In this document: positions 1-14,316 of the stretch, piece by piece | Layout: the number at the start of each line of letters is the position of its first letter | Numbering within the stretch: position 1 is the stretch's first letter | Assembly (NCBI GenBank): GCA_951406725.2 | Contig: OX597829.1 | Span: 7,812,001-7,876,000, forward strand | Length of the DNA: 64,000 nucleotides | Direction of reading: 5' to 3' | Source: Octopus vulgaris | Lineage: Eukaryota | The notes under the pieces: model-generated | Told to the model about the DNA's origin: nothing | The model's database searches: none | The model's input: the letters and a program-made list of their open reading frames with translations, nothing else | Made by a program: the position numbers and the translations under genes

Positions 1-127
1 CAAAGGAGTATTTTCCACAATTATCTATTACGAGAATTTTCTCTCAAGACAATTTCTACAGAGCATGTATTTTGTCATCCAAATGTATAAAGAAACGTTA
101 AATATGACTGTACATGCCTATTTATCC

Positions 128-800
128 TCATCATCATCACCACCACCACCACCAACACCATGCTCGCTTAGGTTGGACCCATTTGATAGGATTTGGCAAG
201 CCACAGAGTTGCATCAAGCCCCAATCCACATCACAGAATGCACTGGGTGCTCTTTTTGTAGAATCAGCATTAACAAAGTTGCTAAGTAACTTGCAAAGCA
301 GAAATAAAAGGAACAGGAAGAAAGAAAAAGAGCAGGGAATTAAAAAGAAGGGAGAAAACAAACAAAAGTCACCATGACTATATTTGAGGTGGGGAGTATT
401 CGAGGGGGGAAGTATCCCAGGTGTTGAGAAGCTATAAAGGTGCAGCAAGAACAAACCTAGATGGCTTGTGATAGAGATACAAAGCTGAATGGTTGGAAAG
501 CTGGGAAGAAGACAGAAGTGGTGGTGACATGCTGGAGCATGTTAGGCGATGAGATGTGGGGTAAAAGCATAATGGGGGGGGGGGGCAGAAAGAGAGAGAG
601 AGAGAGACCCATATGCAGAAATATATCCAAGTTTGCTTTAGGATATTATTTTTGCTGCAATGGCTAGGTCTTCCTCAGTAGAGCACATTGCCAATCTTGT
701 CAGTCCCTTTTAATCTATTCAGCAGCATGAGATCAGATTTCACAACTTCATCCTGTGTTTTCCTGGGCTTACCTCTTCTGCAAGCTGCATCTAGTTAAAG
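128..800 (-). mobile_element. Old degraded RTE LINE 3' end (C-terminus, 3'UTR, (GAT)n tail)
   Basis: (CAT/CAC)n run at ~128 followed by a degenerate copy of the RTE tail seen elsewhere in the window. 730-790 is the reverse complement of a GKPRKTxDEVVKSDL-type C-terminal motif. Confidence 0.6.
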
Positions 801-909
801 CAATCAACACTTCCACATACAGCTTTCCTCTTTCCTATGCATCACCAGTGCATTTTCTCTCATGCATTTTACATCATTCAATACCTCTTATATCTAATAT
901 ATATATATA

Positions 910-1726
910 CACACAGTGTAAAGATAAGCTAGTTGTAAAATTAGTAGTCTATAGTATTAGCAGTACAAGGGGATGGTGCAGAAACAGGACAACAACATAC
1001 GTTGGAGAGACAGCATGTAGCATGGGTGACCAGATAATTTAATACAGACAGGAACTCAGGTAGAAAAGCTCATCAATCCTCTACTAATGTGCTTAATTAG
1101 AACATGGAGGCTCAATTGACAACATACAGTTTAGGATCTTACTGACACATAGAACAGACATGACACTCAGACAGATTACGGAGGCCACACACATAATAGA
1201 AGATAGACTGAATCTCAACAGAAAACATGAATGGAGTAATAACACTCCACCACACTCGGCAACCTGACAACTAAACACAGAATGAGGAAAAATAAATGAC
1301 ACAGGTACTAACAGTGTAATATATAAACCCTTAAACACACAACCAAGACATGCATACAAGCACTAAAGATGGAAGAAAGAAAGAAATGAAACAATAATAA
1401 ATAAAAACATAAATAGATAAGACACAGGCACAGTGTAATACAAACTCATATACATGCATACAGGACACACATAGTAAATACACACACATACACACACACA
1501 TATATGTACGGATAGAGATACAAACACAGCAGGACAAAAGGGAATAAGCAGGACAAGAGAAGACACATGGGACATAGTGTCACTGATAAGGTCACAGAAT
1601 ATGTGAAGAAAGAATTTTGACAGACATATAAATTAAAAATACTATGAAGTGAAGATCAGGTAAATAGTGCATGTGTATAATTAGCAAAAGAAAAAATAAC
1701 ATGACCATCCCTAAATACAACAACAC
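910..1726 (+). mobile_element. Degraded Penelope-like element: GIY-YIG endonuclease remnant plus 3' pseudo-LTR
   Basis: VVYSISSTRGWCRNRTTTYVGETACSMG aligns with the GIY-YIG ORF at 18792-19301. The end ATGACCATCCCTAAATACAACAA matches 19654-19677. Decayed hammerhead-like motif at 1579-1621. Confidence 0.75.
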
Positions 1727-1780
1727 GTGTGTGTCTGTGTGTGTATGCATGTATATATATATATACACACACATGTACAG

Positions 1781-1825
<45 letters not shown>

Positions 1826-1875
1826 TATGCACAAGCATATATTTATTCATATATACACACACGCACATATATATA

Positions 1876-1905
<30 letters not shown>
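1727..1905. repeat. (TG)n/(TA)n microsatellite
   Basis: Directly visible. Confidence 0.95.
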
Positions 1906-1910
<5 letters not shown>

Positions 1911-2422
1911 ATACAATATGTTACATTACTCGGTAGTCAAGATAAAACTCTGAGTTTCAGATGCCGAAGTGGAAATCCACAACACCATCTCTTCGGTTAT
2001 CTGGCTATTTGAAAACGTTATGAAAAAATACCGTTAAAAATGAAGGGAAATTACTCTGTTATAACTCTGCTTTGCCTGCGTACTTATACATCGCTCGCAT
2101 TTTTCGTCATAAAAATTATATAAAAATACATAAAAATATATAAAAATATATAAAAATATATAAAATCTTCTTGGGACATAACACAGAAAGCATGTTCTAT
2201 CCGTTTTCTTTAGGGGACCAAAAACGTAACAGAAATTTAGTCACATGTGGGCATGATCCGAAAAGCTCTGTCCTTGTATTTAGACATGTGGTAGGGTCTA
2301 AGCTGCTTTTCCAGATAAGCCATCTCTCCATGTCGCATAAACCGCACCTTCTGCTGCCGTTAGTGTAGGGCTTACATCTGGCCAAAATCTTCCATTGTAT
2401 GTTATAATCGACACCTTTATCT

Positions 2423-2938
2423 ACCAATTTTAAAAACATAATCAATCATAACATACAAAAAACACAAGAAGAAAACAGCTGTTCATGCAGGAATAAAGAA
2501 TTGTGCCCGCTAAATGGAGCTTGCATGTCCAAGACCATCATATATGAAGCTACCGTAAACTCCATAACCACTAAAGACACCGTTTCGACGAAGAAATACG
2601 TGGGCCTGACAGAGGGTAATTTCAAGGCCAGGTTCAATAACCACACTTTGAGCTTTAGGCACTGGAATAAAAGAAAAGTGACACAATTATCCAATCATAT
2701 TTGGTCTTTAAGAGATAAAGGTGTCGATTATAACATACAATGGAAGATTTTGGCCAGATGTAAGCCCTACACTAACAGCAGCGGAAGGTGCGGTTTATGC
2801 GACATGGAGAGATGGCTTATCTGGAAAAGCAGCTTAGACCCTACCACATGTCTAAATACAAGGACAGAGCTTTTCGGATCATGCCCACATGTGACTAAAT
2901 TTCTGTTACGTTTTTGGTCCCCTAAAGAAAACGGATAG
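2423..2938 (+). pseudogene. Penelope-type GIY-YIG endonuclease, C-terminal fragment
   Basis: CSC..CPLNGAC..IIYEATV..KYVGLTEGNFKARFNNH..SF..TQLSNHIW..WKIL..CGLCDMER..LN.RTEL..CPH is the typical PLE endonuclease signature. Confidence 0.88.
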
Positions 2939-3121
2939 AACATGCTTTCTGTGTTATGTCCCAAGAAGATTTTATATATTTTTATATATTTTTATGTATT
3001 TTTATATAATTTTTATGACGAAAAATGCGAGCGATGTATAAGTACGCAGGCAAAGCAGAGTTATAACAGAGTAATTTCCTTCATTTTTAACGGTATTTTT
3101 TCATAACGTTTTCAAATAGCC

Positions 3122-3184
3122 AGATAACCGAAGAGATGGTGTTGTGGATTTCCACTTCGGCATCTGAAACTCAGAGTTTTATCT
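3122..3184 (+). ncRNA. Minimal hammerhead ribozyme-like motif in pLTR (mirror copy on minus strand at 1940-2002)
   Basis: Stem I AGATAA/TTATCT; core CCGAAGA (U4C variant); stem II GATG..CATC with one extra T; GAAA; palindromic stem III ACTC-A-GAGT; GUU cleavage triplet. Confidence 0.6.
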
Positions 3185-3269
3185 TGACTACCGAGTAATG
3201 TAACATATTGTATAGATAAATTTCCTCTATTTACATAATATTGAGGTCTCTTTCTTTCTTTTGTTATTA

Positions 3270-4772
<1,503 letters not shown>

Positions 4773-4786
4773 GCACATATATATTA

Positions 4787-6414
4787 CAGGTGATGAAAGT
4801 TACAGAGAGGGTCATAGCCCAACTAATTAGGAAGAGAGTTGGTCTAGATGAGATGCAGTTTAGTTTTGTGCAGGGGAGAGGCATCGGTTATGATATATTC
4901 CAGTTAAGGCAACTGCAAAACATGTACCAAGCCAAAAATAAAACCTAGTACTTGGCTCATGTTGACATGGAGAAAGCCTTTGAGTCCCTGCTCCCTTATC
5001 TGGTGGTAAATGTGCAAGCTAAGGATAGATGAATAGTTACTGGGAGCTGTACAAGCCAAGTACAGGGATGCTGTCAGTAAGTCAGGGCTTGGCATTGAGT
5101 ATAGCAATGAATTCAGGGTACAAGTAGAGGTTCACCAAGGATCAGTCCTCAGCCCTCTCTTGTTCATCATAGTCCTGCAGGCAATAACAGAGGAATTTAA
5201 AACAGGCTTCCCCTGGGAGCTCTTCAATGCTGATGTTCTTGTTCTTATAGCTGAATCACTACCAGAATTAGAGAAGATGTTTTGGGTATAGAAACAAGGA
5301 CAAAAACCATGGGGCTTTAGAGCTAATTTAGTAAAAATCAAAGTTTTAGGAAGTAAGAAAGAGGACAAATCGCAAAAGCCACCAGGCTCTTTGGTTTATA
5401 AACAAGGTGTAGATAGAAACTCCATAAGATGTATCTGGTGTAAGCTATGGACACATAAGAGGTGCAGCAATATCAGAGGAAGATTAACAGGAAAAATAGC
5501 TTTTGTGTGTGGAAGATGCACAGAAACAATAAATACCGAAAATGTACAGAAAATAGATTCCATCAACTGCCAGGTGGGTAAGTTAGAGGTAGTAGATAGC
5601 TTCCATTATCTAGGAGACCAAGTTAGTTGCAGAGGTGGATACTCCAAGAACATAGTTGTGAGAATAAGAATAAGCTGGGCAAAGTTCAGAGAGCTCCTAC
5701 CTCTGCTGACAACAAAGGGCCTCTCCCTCAGAGTGAAAAGCAGATTGCATGATGCCTATATACAAACAGTCATACTACACAGCAGTGGAATATGGGCTGT
5801 GACTCAGAGGGCATGCGTAAGCTTGAAAGCAATAAAGCTAATATGCTAGTGTGCATATATAACAGAGCATATGTGTCTCGAGAAAAAAACTGGGCATAAG
5901 AGGCATCAGATGTGATGTGAAAGAGAGACAACTGCACTGGTATGGTCGTGTGTGCATATGGATCAGGCCAGTTTTGTAAAGAAGTGCCAATCTCTAACTG
6001 TGGAGGGAACCTGTAGAAGAGGTAGATTCAGGACAACATGTGACAAGGTGGTGAGGAATGAACTTCAAATGCTAGACTTCACAGAGGCAATGACAAGTGT
6101 CCAAGCACTTAGGCAATATCCTGTGCTTGAGAAGACTAGTTAAGCCAAGTGAAATTGTAGTGATGGTCAATTCTAGTGTCACATAACAGACACCTGTGCC
6201 AACGGAATGTAGAAGCACCCATGCCAGTGGTACTTAGAAAGCACCCATTAGACTCTTGGAATGGCTGGCGTCAGAAAAGGCATCCAGCCATAGACACCAT
6301 ACCAAACAAATGGAACTGAGTGTAGCTCTCCAGTTTGCCAACTCCTGTCAAACCATCCAACCGATGCCAGCATGGAGAACAGACATTGATGATGATGATG
6401 ATGATGATGATGAT
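4787..6414 (+). mobile_element. 5'-truncated degraded RTE LINE, family A (PHD-containing), with (GAT)n tail
   Basis: DEMQFSFVQG, VDMEKAF, VHQGSVLSPLLF, LEVVDSFHYLG and RGRFRTT motifs with stops/frameshifts; 3'UTR and GATGATGAT tail at ~6388-6414. Confidence 0.92.
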
Positions 6415-8827
6415 AGATATACTCATACATTTGAACTTTCAATGAAGTCAGACACATTCAAAGCACTTACAGACACACCTTGCTTCTCTAGCTATACTTC
6501 CATCTCTTGGGCTTGGTTTTTCTTTTTTACAAAAATGGCTTTAATTTCAGCTTCCTCTTTCACAAAACATGTTCTAGCTCTAAGTTTACATTTTCTCCAA
6601 CTTACATGCAGATGCCCTTTTTACTCTCTCAAATTTAACTTTTTCTTCCAAGATCATTTCAAGTACATAAGCTCTTTCTATCTCTTCCCCACCCTTGTAC
6701 TATTCACATTCAAACTGACAACACCACCTTATACTACCTCATTGGTTTATACATTCGTTCACATACCTGTTCACATACACAAACTCATGCTCTCACCAGT
6801 TCACCAAATTTGCACATATATACACAGACATATCAACCAAACACACAAATATACCTCACCACATGCCTGCTATTGAGTCTACACACTCTGACACCCCCAC
6901 CCATCCCTTTCCCATTCCATCTTAAAGGACAGCATCCATCATACCCCTACTTACCAATAGCTTATAGCCTTTCATCTTCTTTTTGCTCCTTTCCTCAATT
7001 ATAATTATTATATACATTTCTCACTCACTCTTTCTCTCTCATTCTTCCTCTTTCCATATGTTTTTCCTTCACTGCCTTTTCTTTCAACTGAAGGACTAAA
7101 ATCCAAAGTGTCAATAACACCTCTCTCTTCTTTTCAAGTATTAAACTTATTGAACTATTTTGCATGTGTAGCAATAACCATTTTAGCCATTTTGAAATAT
7201 GGTGCGAATTGGCAATATGACATAATGTCTTTGCCGAAGAATTATTATTTTCGTTTTTTTTCCATTGGTTAATATAACTGCTCTTATAAAGATTCTAAAA
7301 GTTTCGTAAAGAATATTTGTCATGGATTTCGATTCTTTTTAGTCAAGTTGAGCAGTTATAAAAACCCTGGATTTGGGGAAAACTTCAGTGTTTGTTGGAT
7401 GTCACTGAACTCCACGACACTCACTCTTTTGAGACATCGGTAATTTTCATGCCATGTCTAAAGTTAATCACAAGTCTATTTTGATTTGTTGGTTAATGTA
7501 TTAGTTAGAATTAAGAAATTAGTTAATGAATTTATAGTCGTTCTTCTACACAACAAAGTTATCTTTCTTTCCTACTGTAAATAATATAAAATGTTATATT
7601 TATATAATAAAACTAATTAAAAGAAAATGTTTCTCTTCACGTTTGTTTTTCAACTGAGCATAAATAAGTATGCATTTCCGTAATCCTTAATTTATATTTT
7701 CTTATAGCGGTTTAAAGGACACGAAGAAAATATTCAACATACATGTCATTAATATTCATAGCGTTTCATGTGTATATGTCTCTATGACGTTATAACTGTA
7801 GTTAGGGTTTTAGGTATAATGATAACACTAAGTATAAATGACGTTAATCATTATATTCTCCCTTACTCAGAAAAAAGCCAAATAAAATAATTATAACCTA
7901 AGAGAAACTTTAAGGTAGAATAAGCAAAACCGCCATAGGAAAACATGTAAGAGATATTGGTGTATTTTGCGTGTGTATGTGTGTGTGTGCGTGTACACAT
8001 GCTGTTCTTCAACTGTATCCACAGTGTTTTGTTTCCTATCTTTGTATCACATAAGTACATATATCTACCTATCTATATATGTATGTGACAAAGTGATATA
8101 CAAGTTTAAAATATGGTTGTAAGTCCAACCTTGGGCCTATCATACATGCTAAGCTTTACTGTATGCTTTGCCCTAGTTTCTTCGTGAAACCAACCATTTT
8201 AAAGAATGTACTGGGTGCTTTTTAACATAGCACCAGCACACACACACACACACAATAGAATACATAGAGGTTTGGGAAAAAAAAAACTGGGTTCACAATG
8301 ATCCAACTATATTGCTAAATAAAGAATCCCTAGCATAGTGTCATAAAAAAATAGAACAAATTTTTGAAACCAAGCAGCAAACAATACAAATAACATTCCT
8401 TAAAGAAAATTACAGGAAGATATTTGAAAGAAAAAATAACAACCATAGAAGCTAAGCATTAAAAATTGGAGGGGAAAAAACCCAAATCATGATGATTAGT
8501 GAATATCACTTGACCTTTGACAATGTAGCAACAATAGTCCTATTTTTCTTGTACTAATCTCGACAAGTATATTAAACATCTTAAATAACTAAACAAAAAA
8601 AACCAACACACACAAAACTATTGTATTTTCTCAGCAGCTGAGCACTGAAGTACCATTCATTAAACAAGAATATTTAAAATAAGTGCTGATACCTGTGTAT
8701 CAAAGAATTATTTGCTAATGTATCAGAACATCACACATATATACAGAATAATTGCCATTAAAGCTAGAAAAAAATTGGCAGCTTAGTAGTATATTCTATG
8801 ATATATATATATATATATATATATATA

Positions 8828-9205
8828 CACTACCGTCAGAAATTAATTAGCACCCTTGATTTGCTCTTCACTCAAGGTATGTGCTGTCACCTAGTGGCCA
8901 TATCTCGAACTATTGCTTTGTTGCGAGTTCACTGTTGCGCAGAACGATGACGTAACTTTGTTTGCAGAGCAGTTTGAGAGTCTACAGCCTTATGATGTTG
9001 ACATAGCAGTGCAACAACAACTTGGAGTGCGGATGCAGACAAATTCCTTTGTTTAATAGATATAGGTAGCGCCTCGCAAGGACCGAAATCACACCATACT
9101 AAGTTTTCTCATCGCGTAAGACGTTTTGAACAGCTCATTGGTTAATTGATTTAACCTATTTAATGTAGAAATTTGAGAAGTGCTAATTAATTTCTGACGC
9201 AAGTG
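8828..9205. mobile_element. Tc1/mariner-type MITE (~378 bp)
   Basis: 26 bp TIRs CACTACCGTCAGAAATTAATTAGCAC / GTGCTAATTAATTTCTGACGCAAGTG (2 mismatches), flanked by TA on both sides. Confidence 0.88.
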
Positions 9206-9897
9206 TATATATAACATGGCAGTCAAAGTTTATCTTTCTTTATACATACATGCATCTCTGAATATATTTTTATGGACAAACTCGTGTAAGCAGACAGACA
9301 AGCACAGTTAAAATCATAGATACACATATAAAAGAACAACACACAGAGTGTTGGATGGCATTGGTTACACAAAGGATTAGAAACAACACAATGAAGCCTA
9401 CTTCATACAAATATATTATTTAATGTATTTGTATTATAGACATATTATACACATACATACACACATAGACAAGCACAAGCAACTCTCTCACATAGAAATA
9501 TATATCAAAATGGAAAACTAATTAATCTTAGACCATTCTACTTCCTCATTTCACTTAATTGTAAAATTATTTTAAGATATATTCATAGAAATTGCCTATA
9601 TTGCAGTTAACAAACAACACAGGACATTTCAGTTGCTGCACCATTCAAGACCAGCAAATTGTTGACCAAAGTGCAGAAAATGAAAGGTTGCATGTGGAGA
9701 ACAAGAACAGTTATCTTGCAGATATCAAATGAAAGAGTCTTGAAAGAAATAAAGAAAATGCAACAGACATAGATCAAGAAAAAATCACTGAGTATTCATC
9801 TCTCTGAAAGGTGATGAGAGAATATCAGGAGCGAGAGAGTTTGAGAAATATAGATTAGAAAAGCTGCTGAAGGCTGCAAAAGACAGGTAAAGCCTAA

Positions 9898-10112
9898 CCC
9901 ATTAGCATTTAAACCAACCATAACTGGCCCAAATAGTCTACCAGTTTTATGTTCAAACCAGCCAGATCCAGCCTCTCACACATACTCTACAAAGTCATTC
10001 TAAAGATAAACAGTCACATCATCAAAATCTCAAAGCTATGAGATAGTAAATGATTAATTTAAAACAATGTGACTAAATAAGCACAGCACAGTGTAATCTG
10101 AATGCCAAAGGG
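9898..10112 (-). mobile_element. piggyBac-type MITE (family 1)
   Basis: CTAA-CCCATTAGCATT ... AATGCCAAAGGG-TTAA; reverse-complement homologue of 59717-59937. Confidence 0.8.
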
Positions 10113-11859
10113 TTAAGAAGATAAAAGAGAGAGCGATGGCACTCAAGAACGAAAATGAGCTGACAATAAGCAAACAAAAGATGTGCATGAAACCTTTTAG
10201 ACCAATCTTTTTAAACCATCAGTGATGCTCAACTCTCTACTCTTTCAGATGGTAAAACTGCTACCCATTTGGTCATTGCTTTAAAATTGATAAAGACAAT
10301 ACCAGGGGCGGGGATGAGGGGAATGGCATAACATTGGAAATGTTATAGAATGGAGGAGAGCAGCTGTGGATAATCCTTATTCCACATTACAATTAATATT
10401 TAAAAGAGAGAAAAATATTGCAGGAGGAGTAAAATAGTATCTTGCTTTGTAAGAAGTATGATGGGGGGGGGGGAGATCTAAGTAACTACTGCTCGTTATG
10501 CTTCTTCTCTTGTATCTAGAAGTTGTTTACAAACATCATAATTACTACCAAAATGAATTCATGTGTTGAATATTTTCAATTAATTTTTGAAGTTTTTTCT
10601 ATTGAAATTTTGGTGCTTAGTTAGCTATCTTATTTCTAAAGGAAGTAACTAAGCTTATCTGTAAATTTCATAATGAAAAGCTGCTAAAAGTCTCAGGAAA
10701 AACACTTTTTGCTGTCAGTAATGTCTGTCAGTAATCCCATATCGTTTCTTACTAATATGCTTTGGATTATTTTTCTTGGTGTATCGCTTTTAGCTATCAT
10801 ATAACAAATTAAACATTATGCAATATATCACTAATCACACAGGCACAGCTTTATCATTAGCATAGTAACTATTTACATAAAAAAATAATTTTTTTTGAAC
10901 CATAATACCAATTTTCATGATAATCCGATAACATGTAAATATACTATAAGCATTTGAATAAACAAGCCCTTTTTTTTTTTTGCTTATTAAAGGAATAACT
11001 GATTTACATTAGCATGTCCATTTTGTATGAGTTATGTCTTGTTCAAAATAAAAGTTTATCAATAGGGTCTTAAAAGTTAAGCTAATTACTAATTCTGTCA
11101 CATAGGTAAGCAAGGATTAATACATCATGTCTCTCTTTCTCTGCACTAATCCATCAAGTTATTAGAAAATAAGAACAATTAGGTATCATACTCATTGCCA
11201 TCACCTTAATAAGGACGTAGTACATTTAACCATACTCATAAAAACATAGAGCAAACCTGATGGAAACAACTACAAAATCCCAGCTGAATCACAAGAGTAG
11301 CCTCAATCAGTATGAAAGAATAAAATTTAATTGAACATGATATGATCGGTGAAAATAATAATTAGAAAATAACTACAAAGTGAATTATAGAGGAATGAAA
11401 TGAGGCAAAGCTAGTTGAGAAGCACTGAACAATCTTAAGAGTGAGGGTAGTCATAAGACTGGAGACAATGAAATGCTTAGATGACTCACTGGTAACAGCA
11501 GATAAGATCTATTACACAGAATTAGTGCTGGAGGTTGTTTAGTGATAACATAATGGCCAAAGTTCATTTGGTATTATAGCAGTTGGAGGTGGGGGATCTG
11601 GATAACTATCCACGGTTTCTTGTTCCATACCAAAGTGAAGTGAAAAGGTATATATGAATGTGTACACTATATAAGTGTGTAAAGTAGTGAAATATGGGGT
11701 GGGGGTGAGAATATACAGCAATTAACTGTTTGTCTATCGTAACTCAATTAAGCATAATTTATTGTTGCATAGAATGCGTAAAACACTTTATGCCATTAAT
11801 GGTGTGCAAAGCTCTTTTTGAAATAGATATTCATTTCAATACTAGCACAAGAATGCATG

Positions 11860-12112
11860 TACATGTGATATATATATATCTAGATATATACATACATATA
11901 TAAACATATAAATATATATATAGACATACAGAAATATACATATCTATATGTACATATACATACATATACATATATATATATATATACATACATACATACA
12001 TATCTATATATATATAAATACATACATATCTATATGTACATATACATACATATACATATATATATATATATACATACATACATATCTATATACATACATA
12101 TATATACATATG

Positions 12113-12144
<32 letters not shown>

Positions 12145-12553
12145 CATATATACATATATATATATACATACATATACATATATATACATATACATATATA
12201 TATATATACATACATATACATATACATACATATACATACATATACATATACATACATATACATACATATACATATACATACATATATATACATACATATA
12301 CATATATATATATATACATACATATATATATATATACATACATATACATATATACATACATATACGTATATATACATATATATATATAAATACATATACA
12401 TATATATATATACATATACATATATATATACATACATATACATATATATATACATACATATACAAATATATATATACATACATATACATATATATACATA
12501 CATATACAAATATATATATACATACATATATATACATATATATACATACATAT

Positions 12554-12590
<37 letters not shown>

Positions 12591-14109
12591 TATATACATA
12601 TATAAACATACATATACAAATATATATATACATACATAAACATACATATACAAATATATATATACATACATATATACACATATATATACATACATATACA
12701 AATATATATATACATACATATATACACATATATATACATACATATACAAATATATATATACATATATATATACATATATATATATACATACATATATATA
12801 TATACATACATATATATATATACATACATATATACATACATATATATATACATACATATATATATACATATATATATACATATATATATACACATACATA
12901 TACATATATATATACATATAAATATACATATATATATACATACATACACATATATATACACATACATATACATATACACATACATATACATATACACATA
13001 AATATACATATATATATATACATACATACACATATATATACACATACATATACATATACACATACATATACATATACACATACATATATATATACATATA
13101 TATATACACATACATATACATATATATATACACATACATATACATATATATATACACATACATATACATATATATATACACATACATATACATATATATA
13201 TACACATACATATACATATATATATACACATACATATACATATATATATACACATACATATACATATATATATACACATACATATACATATATATATACA
13301 TACATATACATATATATATATATATATATACATATATATACACATATATATATACATACATATACATATATATACATACATATATATACACATATATATA
13401 TACACATACATATACATATACACATACATATATATATATACATATATATATACACATACATATACATATATATATATATACATATACATATATATATACA
13501 TACATATACATATATATATATACATATACATATATATATACATACATATACATATATACATACATATACATATATATATACATACACATACATACATACA
13601 TATACATATATACATATACATATATATACATATATATATACATACATATATACATATACATACATATACATATACATACATATATATATATATAAATACA
13701 TATACATACATATATACATACATATATATATATATAAATACATATACATACATACATATATATATATATAAATACATATACATACATACATATATATATA
13801 CATACATATATATACATATATATACATACATATATATACATATATATACATACATATATATATATACATACATACATATATATACATACATACATATATA
13901 CATACATACATATATACATACATATATACATACATACATATATACATACATATATACATACATATATACATACATATATATATACATACATATATATATA
14001 TATATACATACATATATATATACATACATACATATATATATATATATGTATGTATATATATATATATATGTATGTATATATATATGTATATGTATGTATA
14101 TATATATAT
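11860..14109. repeat. ~2.25 kb compound (TA)n/(TACA)n microsatellite
   Basis: Directly visible; local 24-bp higher-order period around 13100-13290. Confidence 0.98.
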
Positions 14110-14310
14110 CATCATCATCATCGTTTAACAAGGCTGGCGAACGGCCACGATCGGATGGTGTTTGTTACGTGCCCACAGCATGGAGGCCAGTCGATACGGT
14201 ACTGGCTACGGCCACGTTCGGATGGTTTTCTAATGTGCCACCGGCACTGGTACCACAAAGATACAAATTCCATTGATGTTCATCTATTTTGATTTGGTTT
14301 GATTTGATTT
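14110..14310 (-). mobile_element. Internally deleted RTE-A 3'UTR copy
   Basis: (CAT)n tail joined directly to sequence matching 14645-14830. Confidence 0.85.
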
Positions 14311-14316
14311 TTATGT

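Larger units (their letters stand above)
1906..3266 (+). mobile_element. 5'-truncated Penelope-like element with an inverted copy of its 3' end (arms 1906-2422 and 2713-3218)
   Basis: Near-identical ~510 bp inverted arms; GIY-YIG ORF; flanked by (TA)n on both sides. Confidence 0.9.

Noticed and set aside
11539-11721. ORF ending MEQETVDSYPDPPPPTAIIPNELWPLCYH
   Set aside because: No recognisable homology and no convincing splice donor before the stop.
11948-14131. 600-700 aa ORFs rich in Y/I/H/T/C/M/V (also at 19573-21282, 24823-25808, 40219-41222)
   Set aside because: Translations of TA/TACA microsatellites, which lack stop codons; not genes.
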